A stretch of 64,000 bases of DNA, taken from Actinomycetota bacterium (lineage in GTDB: Bacteria > Actinomycetota > UBA4738 > HRBIN12). This document shows, piece by piece, positions 9,050-18,293 of this stretch. The position numbers and the translations under genes were made by a program. The notes below the pieces were generated by a model that was not told the DNA's origin, made no database searches, and saw nothing but the letters and a program-made list of their open reading frames with translations. The stretch spans positions 18,657-82,656 of the forward strand of contig DATIWE010000056.1 of the NCBI GenBank assembly GCA_035519495.1. The letters run 5' to 3'. Position 1 is the stretch's first letter. Each line of letters begins with the position of its first letter.

Positions 9050-9904
9050 CTACGAGTATAGGAGCGCGGGCCGCGAGTAGGCCCGGCGAGCCGAAGACGC
9101 GTAGCGAGCCGGCGTCGTTCCGACGTATCGCCGGAAGTGGCGAGTGAGGTGCGCCTGGTCGTGGAAGCCGACCTCCACCGCCACGCGCGCAGCGGGCTCG
9201 CCGTCGAGCAGCCTCCTGCGCGCCGCGTCGATCCTGCGCCCGATCAGGTACCGGTGCGGCGCGATGCCGAACGTCTTGGAGAAGCTCCGCACGAGATGCG
9301 CGGGCGACACGTGGAAGATCCGTGCCGCCTCGGCGAGCGTCGTCGAACCGAACCGGTCGTCGTCGAGGAGGTCTCGGAGATCGGCCGCGACATCGTTGCG
9401 GGGTCGCTCTGATCGCTCCTCGACGCTTTCGCCCAGATGCTCCCGGAGCTGCGCGCCCACGACGGCGAGTCGGGACTCGGCCTCGAACGTCTCGTCCGGA
9501 TCCTGCAGCGCCGCGTCGAGCGCACGGAACCCACGGACGATCGAGGTGTCCTCGACGTCCGGCGCATCGACGGCCGGGCCGGTCAACGCCGTGCCGAGCA
9601 CCTCGGTGTCCACGTAGAGGACACGCTTGCGATAGCCGTCGCTGCTCGCGGCGCGACCGTCGTGCACCACGTGCGGCGGCAGGACGGTCACGCGCGCCCC
9701 GGCCGCGCCACGATGCCTCGACTCGAGGTCGTAACGGACCGCGCCCTCCTCGACGATGAAGACCGTCCACGCGTCGTGGGTGTGGGGCGGATACGCGTGC
9801 TCGACGAACCGCGCGTGGAAGACCTCGGAGATACCGGGAACCGCCGGCCTCCATACGCGGATCCACTCGTCGCGCCGAACGTCCGACACGTCGCGATCGT
9901 ACAA
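9050..9904 (-). CDS. AraC family transcriptional regulator (cupin N-domain + AraC HTH)
   Basis: The C-terminal AraC HTH is LAEAARIFHVSPAHLVRSFSKTFGIAPHRYLIGRRIDAARRRL ... FHDQAHLTRHFRRYVGTTP. Confidence 0.8.
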   Translation of the reverse strand: MYDRDVSDVRRDEWIRVWRPAVPGISEVFHARFVEHAYPPHTHDAWTVFIVEEGAVRYDLESRHRGAAGARVTVLPPHVVHDGRAASSDGYRKRVLYVDTEVLGTALTGPAVDAPDVEDTSIVRGFRALDAALQDPDETFEAESRLAVVGAQLREHLGESVEERSERPRNDVAADLRDLLDDDRFGSTTLAEAARIFHVSPAHLVRSFSKTFGIAPHRYLIGRRIDAARRRLLDGEPAARVAVEVGFHDQAHLTRHFRRYVGTTPARYASSARRAYSRPALLYS

Positions 9905-9943
9905 GACCTCCTGGCTGCCCTGGCGTTGGATGGCCGTCGTCGC

Positions 9944-10531
9944 ATGGAACGACTCGTCGCGTTGGTGGTCTTCGCGTTCGTCGGCACCGTCTCACCGGGG
10001 CCGAACAACACGGTGCTGTGGGCCTCCGGCATGCGGTTCGGCTTCGGGCGGACCGTCCCGCACGTTCTCGGAACGGCCCTGGGCATGGGGACGTTGGTCA
10101 TGGGCGTCGCCGCCGGGATCGGGGTCGTGCTCCGGGCGGTGCCGCCATTCGAGCTCGTCCTGAAGGTCGTGGGTTCCCTGTACCTGCTGTACGTGGCCTT
10201 CCTCGTCCTGGGGAACCACGCCGTCGGGCGCGCGAGCGTCTCCCGCCCGCTGAGCCTCCCCCAGGCGGTGGGGTTCCAGTTCGTGAACCCGAAGGCGTGG
10301 ATCTTCACGATCGCGGCGGTCGGCGCGTTCGTTCCGCCGGCGCTGCACCGCGTCGCAGGGACCGGCGTGGTCGTCTGCATCGTGATGCTCATCGCCGTGG
10401 CCTCGTCGTCGATCTGGGCGGCGGGCGGCGCCGCCCTCAGCGGGATCGTCGACGACGAACGCACACGGCGCGCGGTGAGCATCGCCCTCGCCGTCCTGCT
10501 CGTGGCGTCGGTCGCCCTACTGTGGATCTGA
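9944..10531 (+). CDS. LysE/RhtB family amino-acid exporter
   Basis: The start is MERLVALVVFAFVGTVSPGPNN, the LysE signature. It is divergent from the AraC regulator, a classic pairing. Confidence 0.75.
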   Translation: MERLVALVVFAFVGTVSPGPNNTVLWASGMRFGFGRTVPHVLGTALGMGTLVMGVAAGIGVVLRAVPPFELVLKVVGSLYLLYVAFLVLGNHAVGRASVSRPLSLPQAVGFQFVNPKAWIFTIAAVGAFVPPALHRVAGTGVVVCIVMLIAVASSSIWAAGGAALSGIVDDERTRRAVSIALAVLLVASVALLWI

Positions 10532-10559
10532 CGGACCGCGCCATGCGTACGATGCGCCG

Positions 10560-11348
10560 ATGGGAACGAACGACCTCCCGGTGTGCGAGGCTTGGTTCGA
10601 GGCCGAACCCGTCGACGACCTCTTGGTCCGTATCTTCGAGCCGCACGTCGGCCCCCTCATCCAGGCGAACAGCTGGCTGCTCGGCGGAGCGACGTCGGAC
10701 CTCCTGGTGGACTCGGGCAACGGGCTCGCACCGCTCCGGCCGTTCCTTCAGCGATTCCGGCCAGACCCGGACAAGCCACTGATCGCGGTCGCAACGCACG
10801 CGCACATGGATCACGTGTGCGGCCTGCACGAGTTCGAGGAGCGGGTGCTGCATCCCGCCGACGTGCGGACCGCCGAGGTCCCCGACCGCCTCCTGTTCTC
10901 CGAGGAGGTCTGGCCTGGCGCTCGCGCGCAGATGGCCAGGGCCGGCTATCCGCTCGCACCGCTCGGGATCCAGGCTGCCCCCTTCGAGGGATTCGACCCG
11001 CGCACGTTCGAACCACCCGGGGTGACCCCGACGCGCCTGGTCGAGGAGGGCGACCAGATCGACCTGGGCGACCGGGTGTTCGAGGTCCTGCACCTCCCGG
11101 GACACACGGACGGCTCGATCGGGTTGTGGGACGCCGCGAACGGCACGCTCTTCTCGGGCGACGCGGTCTACGCGCTCGATCCGGTGATCGACACGGCCCC
11201 CACGTCGGACATCGCGCGGTACGTCGAAACGATGCGCCGTCTCCGGGAGCTTCCGGTCGACGTGGTGCACGCCGGCCACGACTTGAGCTTCGGGCGGGAC
11301 GTGCTGGTCGAGCGGTGCGAGGACTACCTCCGGCGCCGAGCGACCTGA
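10560..11348 (+). CDS. MBL-fold metallo-hydrolase
   Basis: The metallo-beta-lactamase motif is ATHAHMDHVCGLHEF, with HLPGHTDGS and HAGHD downstream. Confidence 0.75.
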   Translation: MGTNDLPVCEAWFEAEPVDDLLVRIFEPHVGPLIQANSWLLGGATSDLLVDSGNGLAPLRPFLQRFRPDPDKPLIAVATHAHMDHVCGLHEFEERVLHPADVRTAEVPDRLLFSEEVWPGARAQMARAGYPLAPLGIQAAPFEGFDPRTFEPPGVTPTRLVEEGDQIDLGDRVFEVLHLPGHTDGSIGLWDAANGTLFSGDAVYALDPVIDTAPTSDIARYVETMRRLRELPVDVVHAGHDLSFGRDVLVERCEDYLRRRAT

Positions 11349-11438
11349 ACCTCGGCCGAGCGGCCCACCGGCAGCGGGACGAACGACCGTGAGGGCCATC
11401 TTGCTCCGTGCCCACACTGAGGCTTGAGAGGAGGCGAG

Positions 11439-12089
11439 GTGCGCCACGGAACGTGGGGACTGGCGGCGGCCGCGGCCTACGCCGGGTTGTGTCACCTCGG
11501 CCGCACCTGGGGCAGCACGACGGAGGAACGGCGCCGTTCGCTCCCCGGCGACGAGCTGATCCCCGGTCCGATGGTTGTCACGAACCACGCGATCACGATC
11601 CGCGGACGTCGTGAGGACGTCTGGCCGTGGCTGACCCAGATGGGTTGGCACCGCGGCGGGTGGTACACGTACCGGTGGATCGATCGGGTGCTCTTCCCGG
11701 CGAACGCCCCGAGCGCGGACGTGATCCTGCCCGAGTACCGGGGCCTCGCGGCCGGCGATCGGATCCCCGACGGGCCTCCGGAGAGTGGCTGCGACTTCGT
11801 CGAACAGGTGGAGGCGCCGTCGCTGCTCGTGCTTCGTTCCCGCTCCCACCTGCCGCCTTGGCCGAAGGATCGGTGGCTGGATTGGGTGTGGACGTATTCG
11901 CTCACGCAGGACACCGACCGTCAGGTCCGGCTCCAGCTGCGGACCACGGCATCGCTCGGCCCCCCGTGGCTGGCGCTCGTGTACCGAGCCCTCGTGTGGA
12001 CCGACTTCGTGATGAGCAGGAGCCACCTCCGCGGCATCGAGGCTCGGGTGGCGGGCAACGTCGTGATGGAGGGACGTGAGGTGGGATGA
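11439..12089 (+). CDS. SRPBCC (START/Bet v1-like) family protein
   Basis: An SD (AGAGGAGG) precedes the GTG at 11439. About 215 aa with a polyketide-cyclase/SRPBCC-like composition. Its stop overlaps the next start (ATGA). Confidence 0.5.
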   Translation: MRHGTWGLAAAAAYAGLCHLGRTWGSTTEERRRSLPGDELIPGPMVVTNHAITIRGRREDVWPWLTQMGWHRGGWYTYRWIDRVLFPANAPSADVILPEYRGLAAGDRIPDGPPESGCDFVEQVEAPSLLVLRSRSHLPPWPKDRWLDWVWTYSLTQDTDRQVRLQLRTTASLGPPWLALVYRALVWTDFVMSRSHLRGIEARVAGNVVMEGREVG

Positions 12090-12622
12090 AGGCGCTGGTC
12101 GTGTACGAGTCGATGTACGGCAACACCGCGGCGATCGCCGAGGCGATCGCGCGTTCGCTGACGATCGCCGGCATGGAGGTCGAACTGACCCCGATCTCAG
12201 GTTGCGCGCCTGAACGCGCGGCCGAGGTCGACCTGTTGGTCGCCGGCGGGCCCACGCACGCGCACGGGATGAGCTGGCCCGCCACGAGGAAGGCGGCCAC
12301 CCAGGACGCGAAGAACCGGTTCTCCGAGCCGACCGTCGAGCCGGGCCTCCGCCGGTGGATGAACGACCTTCCCCCCGGCATCGGGAGGCGGGCCGCGGCG
12401 TTCGATACGAGGTTCGATCGATCCGTCGCGATCACCGGCTCGGCGGCCAAGGGCCTCGCGCGCCGGCTCGAGGGGCACGGGTACGAGGTCTGCACCGCGC
12501 CGACGAGCTTCTTCGTGACGCAGGACAACACGCTCGCCGACGGCGAGGCCGCGCGGGCCGCGGCCTGGGGCGCCGCGCTGGCGGAGCGGTGCGCCGCCCG
12601 GCCGGACCGTTCCAACGTTTGA
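12086..12622 (+). CDS. flavodoxin-like fold protein
   Basis: MKALVVYESMYGNTAAIAEAIA is the flavodoxin N-terminus. It is coupled to the upstream SRPBCC gene. Confidence 0.7.
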   Translation: MKALVVYESMYGNTAAIAEAIARSLTIAGMEVELTPISGCAPERAAEVDLLVAGGPTHAHGMSWPATRKAATQDAKNRFSEPTVEPGLRRWMNDLPPGIGRRAAAFDTRFDRSVAITGSAAKGLARRLEGHGYEVCTAPTSFFVTQDNTLADGEAARAAAWGAALAERCAARPDRSNV

Positions 12623-12757
12623 CGGCTCGAACGCCCGCCGGGCCCGGCGCCGCGCGTCCCCCGAAGTGATGAGCGCCGGAATCACCCGATGGGCGTATGC
12701 CGCTGCCCGCCATAGGCGGTTAGACCGGGACCGATCCGTCCGACGATGGGAGGCACC

Positions 12758-14320
12758 GTGGAACGGCATGGCTCCGAGACGTACTACGTGATCGGCGAAG
12801 GGCTCCTCGGCGAGAGCGTCGGGGGCCGTGTGCACACGATGGCCGCCGCCTCCGCCGAAGCCGAGCTGGTGCCGCCGTTCCGCTTCTCCCGGATGGGGCC
12901 GAGCGGCGTCAACCGCCAGCTCGGCGACCCGCTCCGCAAGAAGCTCGCGAACCTGATGACCTCGGGCCCCGAGGCGTTCTCGCAGATCCCCTCCGGTTAC
13001 ACGTACCTCGGGCAGTTCGCCGACCACGACCTGACCTTCGACAAGACGAACGTGATGTTCGGCCAGAACGTGCCGCCGGCGCAGCTGCTCGAGGCTCGCT
13101 CCCCCAGCCTCGACCTCGACTCGCTCTACGGCGCCGGCCCGACCGATCCCGGATCGGCGGCCTTCTACGAGGCGGACGGGGTCCACCTCAAGAGCGGCAC
13201 GACCGCCGCGGCCGATGGGATCCCCGCGAAAGCTGGCTTCGACCTGCTCCGCGGGGCGGGCGCGACCGCGAAGGCGAAGCGGACCGCGATCATCCCCGAC
13301 CCGAGGAACGACGAGAACCTCGCGGTCGCGCAGACGCACCTCGCGTTCATCCGCTTCCACAACCGGGTCGTCGACACCCTCCCGAGCTCGACGCCCGTCG
13401 GCCAGCGCTTCGCGAAGGCGCGCAAGATCGTCACGAACCACTACCAATGGATGCTCCGCACGGACTTCCTGCCGCGCATCTGCCAGCCGAGCGTCGTGAA
13501 CGATGTGTTCGCCCACGGGAGGAAGGTCTTCGAGGTGGGCGCGTCGCCGACCGACATCCCCACGATGCCGATCGAGTTCTCCGTGGCCGCCTACCGACTG
13601 GGGCACTCGATGGTCCGCGAGGCGTACAGCTGGAACAAGATCTTCGACGACGGCAGCGGCACGCTCGAACTGCTGTTCACGTTCACGGGGCTGAGCGGCG
13701 ACCTCGGCGGTGGGCTGCGGCTCCCCAGCACGTGGATCGCCGACTTCCGGCGCCTCTACGACTTCAGCGAGGCCGGCCGTGCCGATCTCGTCGTGCCTGC
13801 CGCCCGGTTCAATCGGGCGATGCGCATCGACACGAAGCTCTCGAACCCGCTCAAGCGCGTGCCGGGGTTCCCCGCCGGCGAGAACAACCTGGCGTTCCGC
13901 AACCTGACGCGGGCCCGGATGGTGAAGCTCGCGACCGGCCAGCAGATGGCCACCTTCCTGAAGTCGAAGGGCGTGACGCTCACGCCGCTGACGAAGGCGC
14001 AGATCCGCGACGGCGGCACGAACGGGGTCACGCTCGACGGGCTGACGACCGTGCAGCGGAACAGCCTGCTGAAGGACACGCCGCTGTGGTTCTACATCCT
14101 GCGCGAAGCGGAGCTCGGTCAGGGCAAGCTGCGCGGCGTGGGCGCCCGCATCGTGGCCGAGACGTTCCATCGGGCGATCGAGGGCAGCTCGACCACGTCG
14201 ATCGTGCGCGATCCCACATGGCACCCGACGCTCGGCCCGAACAACACGACGTTCCGCATGGTCGACCTGCTGCTGTTCGCGTTCCAGGGGAAGAAGAGCC
14301 TGCTGGCGCCGCTCGGCTGA
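12758..14320 (+). CDS. haem peroxidase of the peroxidase-cyclooxygenase (animal haem peroxidase) superfamily
   Basis: About 520 aa. Family motifs include GQFADHDLTFD (distal His region), RNDENLAVAQTHLAFIRFHN and the proximal region AYRLGHSMV. A GGGAGG SD precedes the GTG at 12758. An alternative ATG is at 12746. Confidence 0.75.
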   Translation: MERHGSETYYVIGEGLLGESVGGRVHTMAAASAEAELVPPFRFSRMGPSGVNRQLGDPLRKKLANLMTSGPEAFSQIPSGYTYLGQFADHDLTFDKTNVMFGQNVPPAQLLEARSPSLDLDSLYGAGPTDPGSAAFYEADGVHLKSGTTAAADGIPAKAGFDLLRGAGATAKAKRTAIIPDPRNDENLAVAQTHLAFIRFHNRVVDTLPSSTPVGQRFAKARKIVTNHYQWMLRTDFLPRICQPSVVNDVFAHGRKVFEVGASPTDIPTMPIEFSVAAYRLGHSMVREAYSWNKIFDDGSGTLELLFTFTGLSGDLGGGLRLPSTWIADFRRLYDFSEAGRADLVVPAARFNRAMRIDTKLSNPLKRVPGFPAGENNLAFRNLTRARMVKLATGQQMATFLKSKGVTLTPLTKAQIRDGGTNGVTLDGLTTVQRNSLLKDTPLWFYILREAELGQGKLRGVGARIVAETFHRAIEGSSTTSIVRDPTWHPTLGPNNTTFRMVDLLLFAFQGKKSLLAPLG

Positions 14321-14326
14321 ACCCGC

Positions 14327-14674
14327 TCAGCCCTCGCTCGGGTGCGGGTCGTCGCGGTCGGTGGCTCCGGGCGCGCGGTCCCGCACCGTGAGCGCTGCCT
14401 CCTCCGGCGCTGAGAAGTCGTCCTCCTCGAGCACGGCCTCGCCGACGAGCTCGTCCTCGCCGTCGGCCAGGCCCTGGTCGAGCACCGAGAGCGTCTCCTC
14501 CGTCCCCGGACCGTCGGGACGTTCCTCGGCGAGGCGCTCGTCGAGGGACTCCCCCTCGAGCGCCTCCTCGGCGGTGGTTCCGAACGACTCAGCGGCGAAC
14601 GCGTGGTCCGCACGCATGATCGCGGCCTCCTGCTCGTCGCCGTCGTCGGCGTCGATCGGCTCGATATCCTCCAC
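14327..14674 (-). CDS. highly acidic hypothetical protein (DUF5709-like)
   Basis: 115 aa, more than 30% Asp/Glu, low complexity. It sits between the peroxidase and an alpha/beta hydrolase. Confidence 0.4.
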   Translation of the reverse strand: MEDIEPIDADDGDEQEAAIMRADHAFAAESFGTTAEEALEGESLDERLAEERPDGPGTEETLSVLDQGLADGEDELVGEAVLEEDDFSAPEEAALTVRDRAPGATDRDDPHPSEG

Positions 14675-14682
14675 GGCTCAGC

Positions 14683-15537
14683 TCACGTGAACTTCTGCAC
14701 GAACTCGAGCGCGGTGTCGGCGACCTCGCGCCAACCGCTGTCGATCACCAGCGCGTGGCCTCGGTTCCGCATCTCGACGATCTCCGTGATGCCCTCGTTG
14801 CGACGCTGCCGCTTGTACGAAGCGTTCGCGATCGACCACGGGGCGGTGTTGTCCTTCTCGCCCGAGATGATCAGCAACGGGCCGCGCTTGGGGTTCTTCG
14901 TCTTCACCTTCGCCTCGGTCCAGGGGTTCAGGTTGGCCGACGCGGCCTGGAAGAGCGGTTCGCCGGACGCCGGGACCGCGAACCTCGCGTAGAGGTCCTT
15001 GGCCTCCTCCTCGCTCACCGCGTTCGCGAACCCGAAGCGGAACTGCTCGAACGTGAGCGGGATCGCCCGGTGGTGGTTCGCCGGGTCGTGCAGCACCGGC
15101 GAGGCCGACCTCAGCGCGGAGATCGGCAGCGGCAGCACGCCACGGAAGGGCGCCGGATCGATCGCGACCGACACGTCCGCCAGGCCGCGCCCCGCGAGGA
15201 TCTGGGTCAGCAGCCCCCCGAAGGAGTGGCCGATCACGACCGGCTTCTTCGACAGGCCCTCGATGACCTCTTCGAAGTGATCCGCGACATCGCCCACCGA
15301 CGTGCCGGCGAAGACGTCGGGGTTCGCGTTGGCCTCCTGCACCGTCTCGGGGTCGTTCGGCCAACCGGGCGTCAGCGCGACGTAGCCGTTGTCCTCGAAC
15401 AGCCTCGCCCACCGATCCCAGCTGCTCGGCAGCAACCACAATCCGTGGACGAACACGACCGGCCTGACGCCCTTACGGTTCGCGCGCTCGACCTGTTCGG
15501 CCTCGTGCTCGGTGACCGTGGTGGTCGCCTTCGACAT
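14683..15537 (-). CDS. alpha/beta hydrolase (paralog of 8223-9023)
   Basis: VVFVHGLWLLPSSWDRW ... GHSFGG ... It has the same architecture and many identical blocks as the first hydrolase. Confidence 0.75.
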   Translation of the reverse strand: MSKATTTVTEHEAEQVERANRKGVRPVVFVHGLWLLPSSWDRWARLFEDNGYVALTPGWPNDPETVQEANANPDVFAGTSVGDVADHFEEVIEGLSKKPVVIGHSFGGLLTQILAGRGLADVSVAIDPAPFRGVLPLPISALRSASPVLHDPANHHRAIPLTFEQFRFGFANAVSEEEAKDLYARFAVPASGEPLFQAASANLNPWTEAKVKTKNPKRGPLLIISGEKDNTAPWSIANASYKRQRRNEGITEIVEMRNRGHALVIDSGWREVADTALEFVQKFT

Positions 15538-15649
15538 GTATGCGTCCCCTCGCTTCCTCGATGGTGCGTGTCGTCAGCGTACGACCATCGGTCGGGCGTG
15601 CCTCCGCGCACGCGTCGACAGCGATGCACACGGGTGGAACGATGCGTGC

Positions 15650-16396
15650 ATGGGTTCCGACGGTACGCCCTACTACCGAGCCGATCTGGCGCACATCCAC
15701 CACCTCGGGTTCGGCTTCCACGCCGAGAGGTGCGCGCCGGGGATCCTGGCGCTGCTCGAGCCGGTCCGGGAACGCGACGGCCTCGTCGTCGAGCTCGGCT
15801 GCGGCAGCGGCCTGCTGACGAAGCACCTCGTCGACGCCGGCCATCGCGTGATCGCGACCGACGCGTCACCGGCGATGCTCGACCTGGCACGCGAGCACGC
15901 GGCCGGCGCGCAGGAGATCCGCCGCCTGACGCTCCCCGACGATCCGATCCCGGACGCCGACGCGATCGTGTCGGTCGGACATGTGTTGAGCTACCTCCCG
16001 AGCGCCGACGCGATCGACCGAGCGCTCGTTGCGATCGCGGATGCGCTGCGGCCCGACGGGCTGCTCGCGATCGACCTCTGCGACCGGACCTATGCGGAAG
16101 CGGCGTCCGCACCGAACACCGTGGGCTGGGTCGAGGACGATTGGGCCATCATCACCGCGCGTTCCACGCCGTCGCCGGATCGGTTCGTCCGGCAGATGGC
16201 GATGTTCACGCGGAACGCGGACGGCACCTGGCGGCGCGACGACGAACGGCATGACAACGTCCTGATCGACACGGCGAAGGTGCCGGCGCTGCTCGCCGAG
16301 CACGAGGTCGACGCACATCTCGGTCGATCCTTCGGAACCGAAGAGCTCCCGCAAGGACTCCACACCGTGATCGGACATCGACGCATGGATCGCTGA
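15650..16396 (+). CDS. class I SAM-dependent methyltransferase
   Basis: Motif I is VVELGCGSGLLTKHL, with the acidic residue in VIATDASPAM. I chose the start at MGSDGT (15650). The upstream part of the track ORF is antisense junk. Confidence 0.7.
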   Translation: MGSDGTPYYRADLAHIHHLGFGFHAERCAPGILALLEPVRERDGLVVELGCGSGLLTKHLVDAGHRVIATDASPAMLDLAREHAAGAQEIRRLTLPDDPIPDADAIVSVGHVLSYLPSADAIDRALVAIADALRPDGLLAIDLCDRTYAEAASAPNTVGWVEDDWAIITARSTPSPDRFVRQMAMFTRNADGTWRRDDERHDNVLIDTAKVPALLAEHEVDAHLGRSFGTEELPQGLHTVIGHRRMDR

Positions 16397-16460
16397 TCCA
16401 TCCGCGGAGACATGGCGCCGGTTCGCCCTGCGATCGGCCCTCTTCCGTCGTTCGGGTTCA

Positions 16461-17138
16461 TCAGGGTCCCGCGCGGACGCCGACCTCGTCCAGGTGGCGC
16501 AGCAGATCGGCCGGCTCCTCGTAGACCCGGTACGCGCCGGCGCGCTCCAGCTCGACCTGCCCGTACCCGCCCGACAGCAGCCCGAGGCCGAGCGCCCGGG
16601 CGCGCCGGGCCGCCAGCAGGTCCCAGACGCTGTCGCCGACGACGATCGACTCAAGGATGTCGACCCCGAGCCGGCCCGCGGCGGCCAGGAAGAGGTCCGG
16701 ATCCGGCTTCGCGTGGGCCACCTGGTCCCGCGTGATCACCGGCACGCCCTGCGGCACCCCGAGGGCCTCGATCGTCGGGCCGGCGCTCTCGATGTACCCG
16801 CTCGTCGCGATCGCCCACGGGACCGCGATGTCCGTCAGGTACGCGAGGAGCTCCACCGCGCCCGGGAGCGGGCGGACGCCCTCGGCCCTGGCGGCGTAGG
16901 CCTCGCCGTGATAGCGCCGGAGCCGGTCGGCCTCCTCGGTCGTCACCGCCCTGCCCGTCTCGCGCAGCAGGGCGTTCGCGAAGAGGCCGCCGCTCATGCC
17001 GATCTTCCGGTGGATCCGCCACACGGCCAGCTCGATCCCCATCCGGTCGAGGGCGTCCTGCCACGCCAGCACGTGCTGGTAGACGCTGTCGACGAGGGTG
17101 CCGTCCAGGTCGAACAGGAACGCCGGGCCGGATGCCAT
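16461..17138 (-). CDS. HAD family hydrolase
   Basis: HAD motif I is FLFDLDGTLVDS. A later motif is VVGDSVWDLLAA. Confidence 0.8.
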   Translation of the reverse strand: MASGPAFLFDLDGTLVDSVYQHVLAWQDALDRMGIELAVWRIHRKIGMSGGLFANALLRETGRAVTTEEADRLRRYHGEAYAARAEGVRPLPGAVELLAYLTDIAVPWAIATSGYIESAGPTIEALGVPQGVPVITRDQVAHAKPDPDLFLAAAGRLGVDILESIVVGDSVWDLLAARRARALGLGLLSGGYGQVELERAGAYRVYEEPADLLRHLDEVGVRAGP

Positions 17139-17144
17139 GACGAC

Positions 17145-17438
17145 TCAGGGTAGCGGGACCAGGCCGACGTCCCCCTCGAGCACGATCGACCGCTCCCCTT
17201 CCTCGGCGTCGATCTCCCACTCCTCGAAGAACGCGTTCGCTCCCTCGCGCGAGTCCCACTCTGCGAGCGCATAGAACGCGGACCCGTCGGCGGCGAACCA
17301 CGCCCGATGGAAGCGGCACCCATGCTTGCGGGCGCTCGCCTGCATCTCCTCGGTGATCCAGTCGATGCGCTTGTCGTACAGATCGCGAGCCGTCGCGCCG
17401 CTGGGGGTCGGGCACGGAACCTCGAACATGATCCACAT
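17145..17438 (-). CDS. small hypothetical protein (about 97 aa, alpha+beta)
   Basis: A GGAGGTG SD precedes the ATG at 17438 (MWIMFEV...). No recognisable family. Confidence 0.4.
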   Translation of the reverse strand: MWIMFEVPCPTPSGATARDLYDKRIDWITEEMQASARKHGCRFHRAWFAADGSAFYALAEWDSREGANAFFEEWEIDAEEGERSIVLEGDVGLVPLP

Positions 17439-17483
17439 CTCGCACCTCCGACGTCTCGGGACCACCCTATGCGCCCCGCAGGC

Positions 17484-18257
17484 CTATCGCAGGCGCACGA
17501 CGTTCGCGGTGATGAGCGCGGCCGCGTCCGAGACGAGGAAGGCGATCACCTCCGCCACCTCGTCCGGCGTCGCGATATGGAACAGCTCGGCGCTGTCCTC
17601 CACGGCACGACGAACCTCCGGCGTGATCCATCCCGTGTCGGTCACTGGCGGGTGGACCACGTTGGCCGTGACGCCGTACGGAGCCAGCTCGAGCGCGGCC
17701 GACATCGTGAAGTTCTCGAGCGCGGCCTTGGCGGCGCCGTAGGAGACCTCCTCCGGGAAGCCGAGCGGCCCTCCCGACGTGAGACCGACGATCCGGCCCC
17801 ACGTGCCGCCGCGTGCGAGGTGGCGCCGCGCGAACTCCGCGATCAGGAGCGCGCCGGCGCGAGCGTCGACGGCGAACACGCGATCGATCGTCTCCGGCGA
17901 AACCCACGCCTGCTCGCGACCGAACCGGTCGGACGGCCGCCGCGCGAACGAGTCGCCCACCCAGGCGCTCGCGTCGTTGATGAGGATGTCGACCGGGCCG
18001 AAGGCGGCCTCGGCCTCGTCGAAGAGGTGGGCTGGCGCGTCCTCGTCCGTAAGATCGATCTCGATCGTCGCGGCCCGCCCGCCCGCGCTCCGGATCCGCG
18101 CCTCGGCGTCACCGGCGCTCGGCTGCGCATCGGACCGGAGCCACGACAGCAGGACCCCGGCGCCTCGAACACCGAGGGCCTGCGCCGTCGCGGCGCCGAT
18201 CCCGTGGTTCGCCCCCGTCACCAGGGCGACGTGGCCCCGCAGCTCGTCGCGTTCCAT
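17484..18257 (-). CDS. SDR family oxidoreductase
   Basis: The Rossmann motif is VALVTGANHGIGAATA. The catalytic YGAAKAA is present. Confidence 0.8.
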   Translation of the reverse strand: MERDELRGHVALVTGANHGIGAATAQALGVRGAGVLLSWLRSDAQPSAGDAEARIRSAGGRAATIEIDLTDEDAPAHLFDEAEAAFGPVDILINDASAWVGDSFARRPSDRFGREQAWVSPETIDRVFAVDARAGALLIAEFARRHLARGGTWGRIVGLTSGGPLGFPEEVSYGAAKAALENFTMSAALELAPYGVTANVVHPPVTDTGWITPEVRRAVEDSAELFHIATPDEVAEVIAFLVSDAAALITANVVRLR

Positions 18258-18293
18258 CGGATCTCCGGCGCCCAGCGTACGGGCGGAGGCAGG

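Noticed and set aside
8223-9995. 590-aa ORF extending the alpha/beta hydrolase N-terminally
   Set aside because: The extension is Arg/Gly-rich and overlaps the AraC gene in another frame. The true start is MAQKRTPVVFVHG at 9023.
12197-14224. 675-aa minus-strand ORF antisense to the haem peroxidase gene
   Set aside because: The translation is Arg/Gly/Pro-rich low-complexity with no domain signatures. It lies antisense to a well-supported CDS and is typical of shadow ORFs in about 72% GC DNA.
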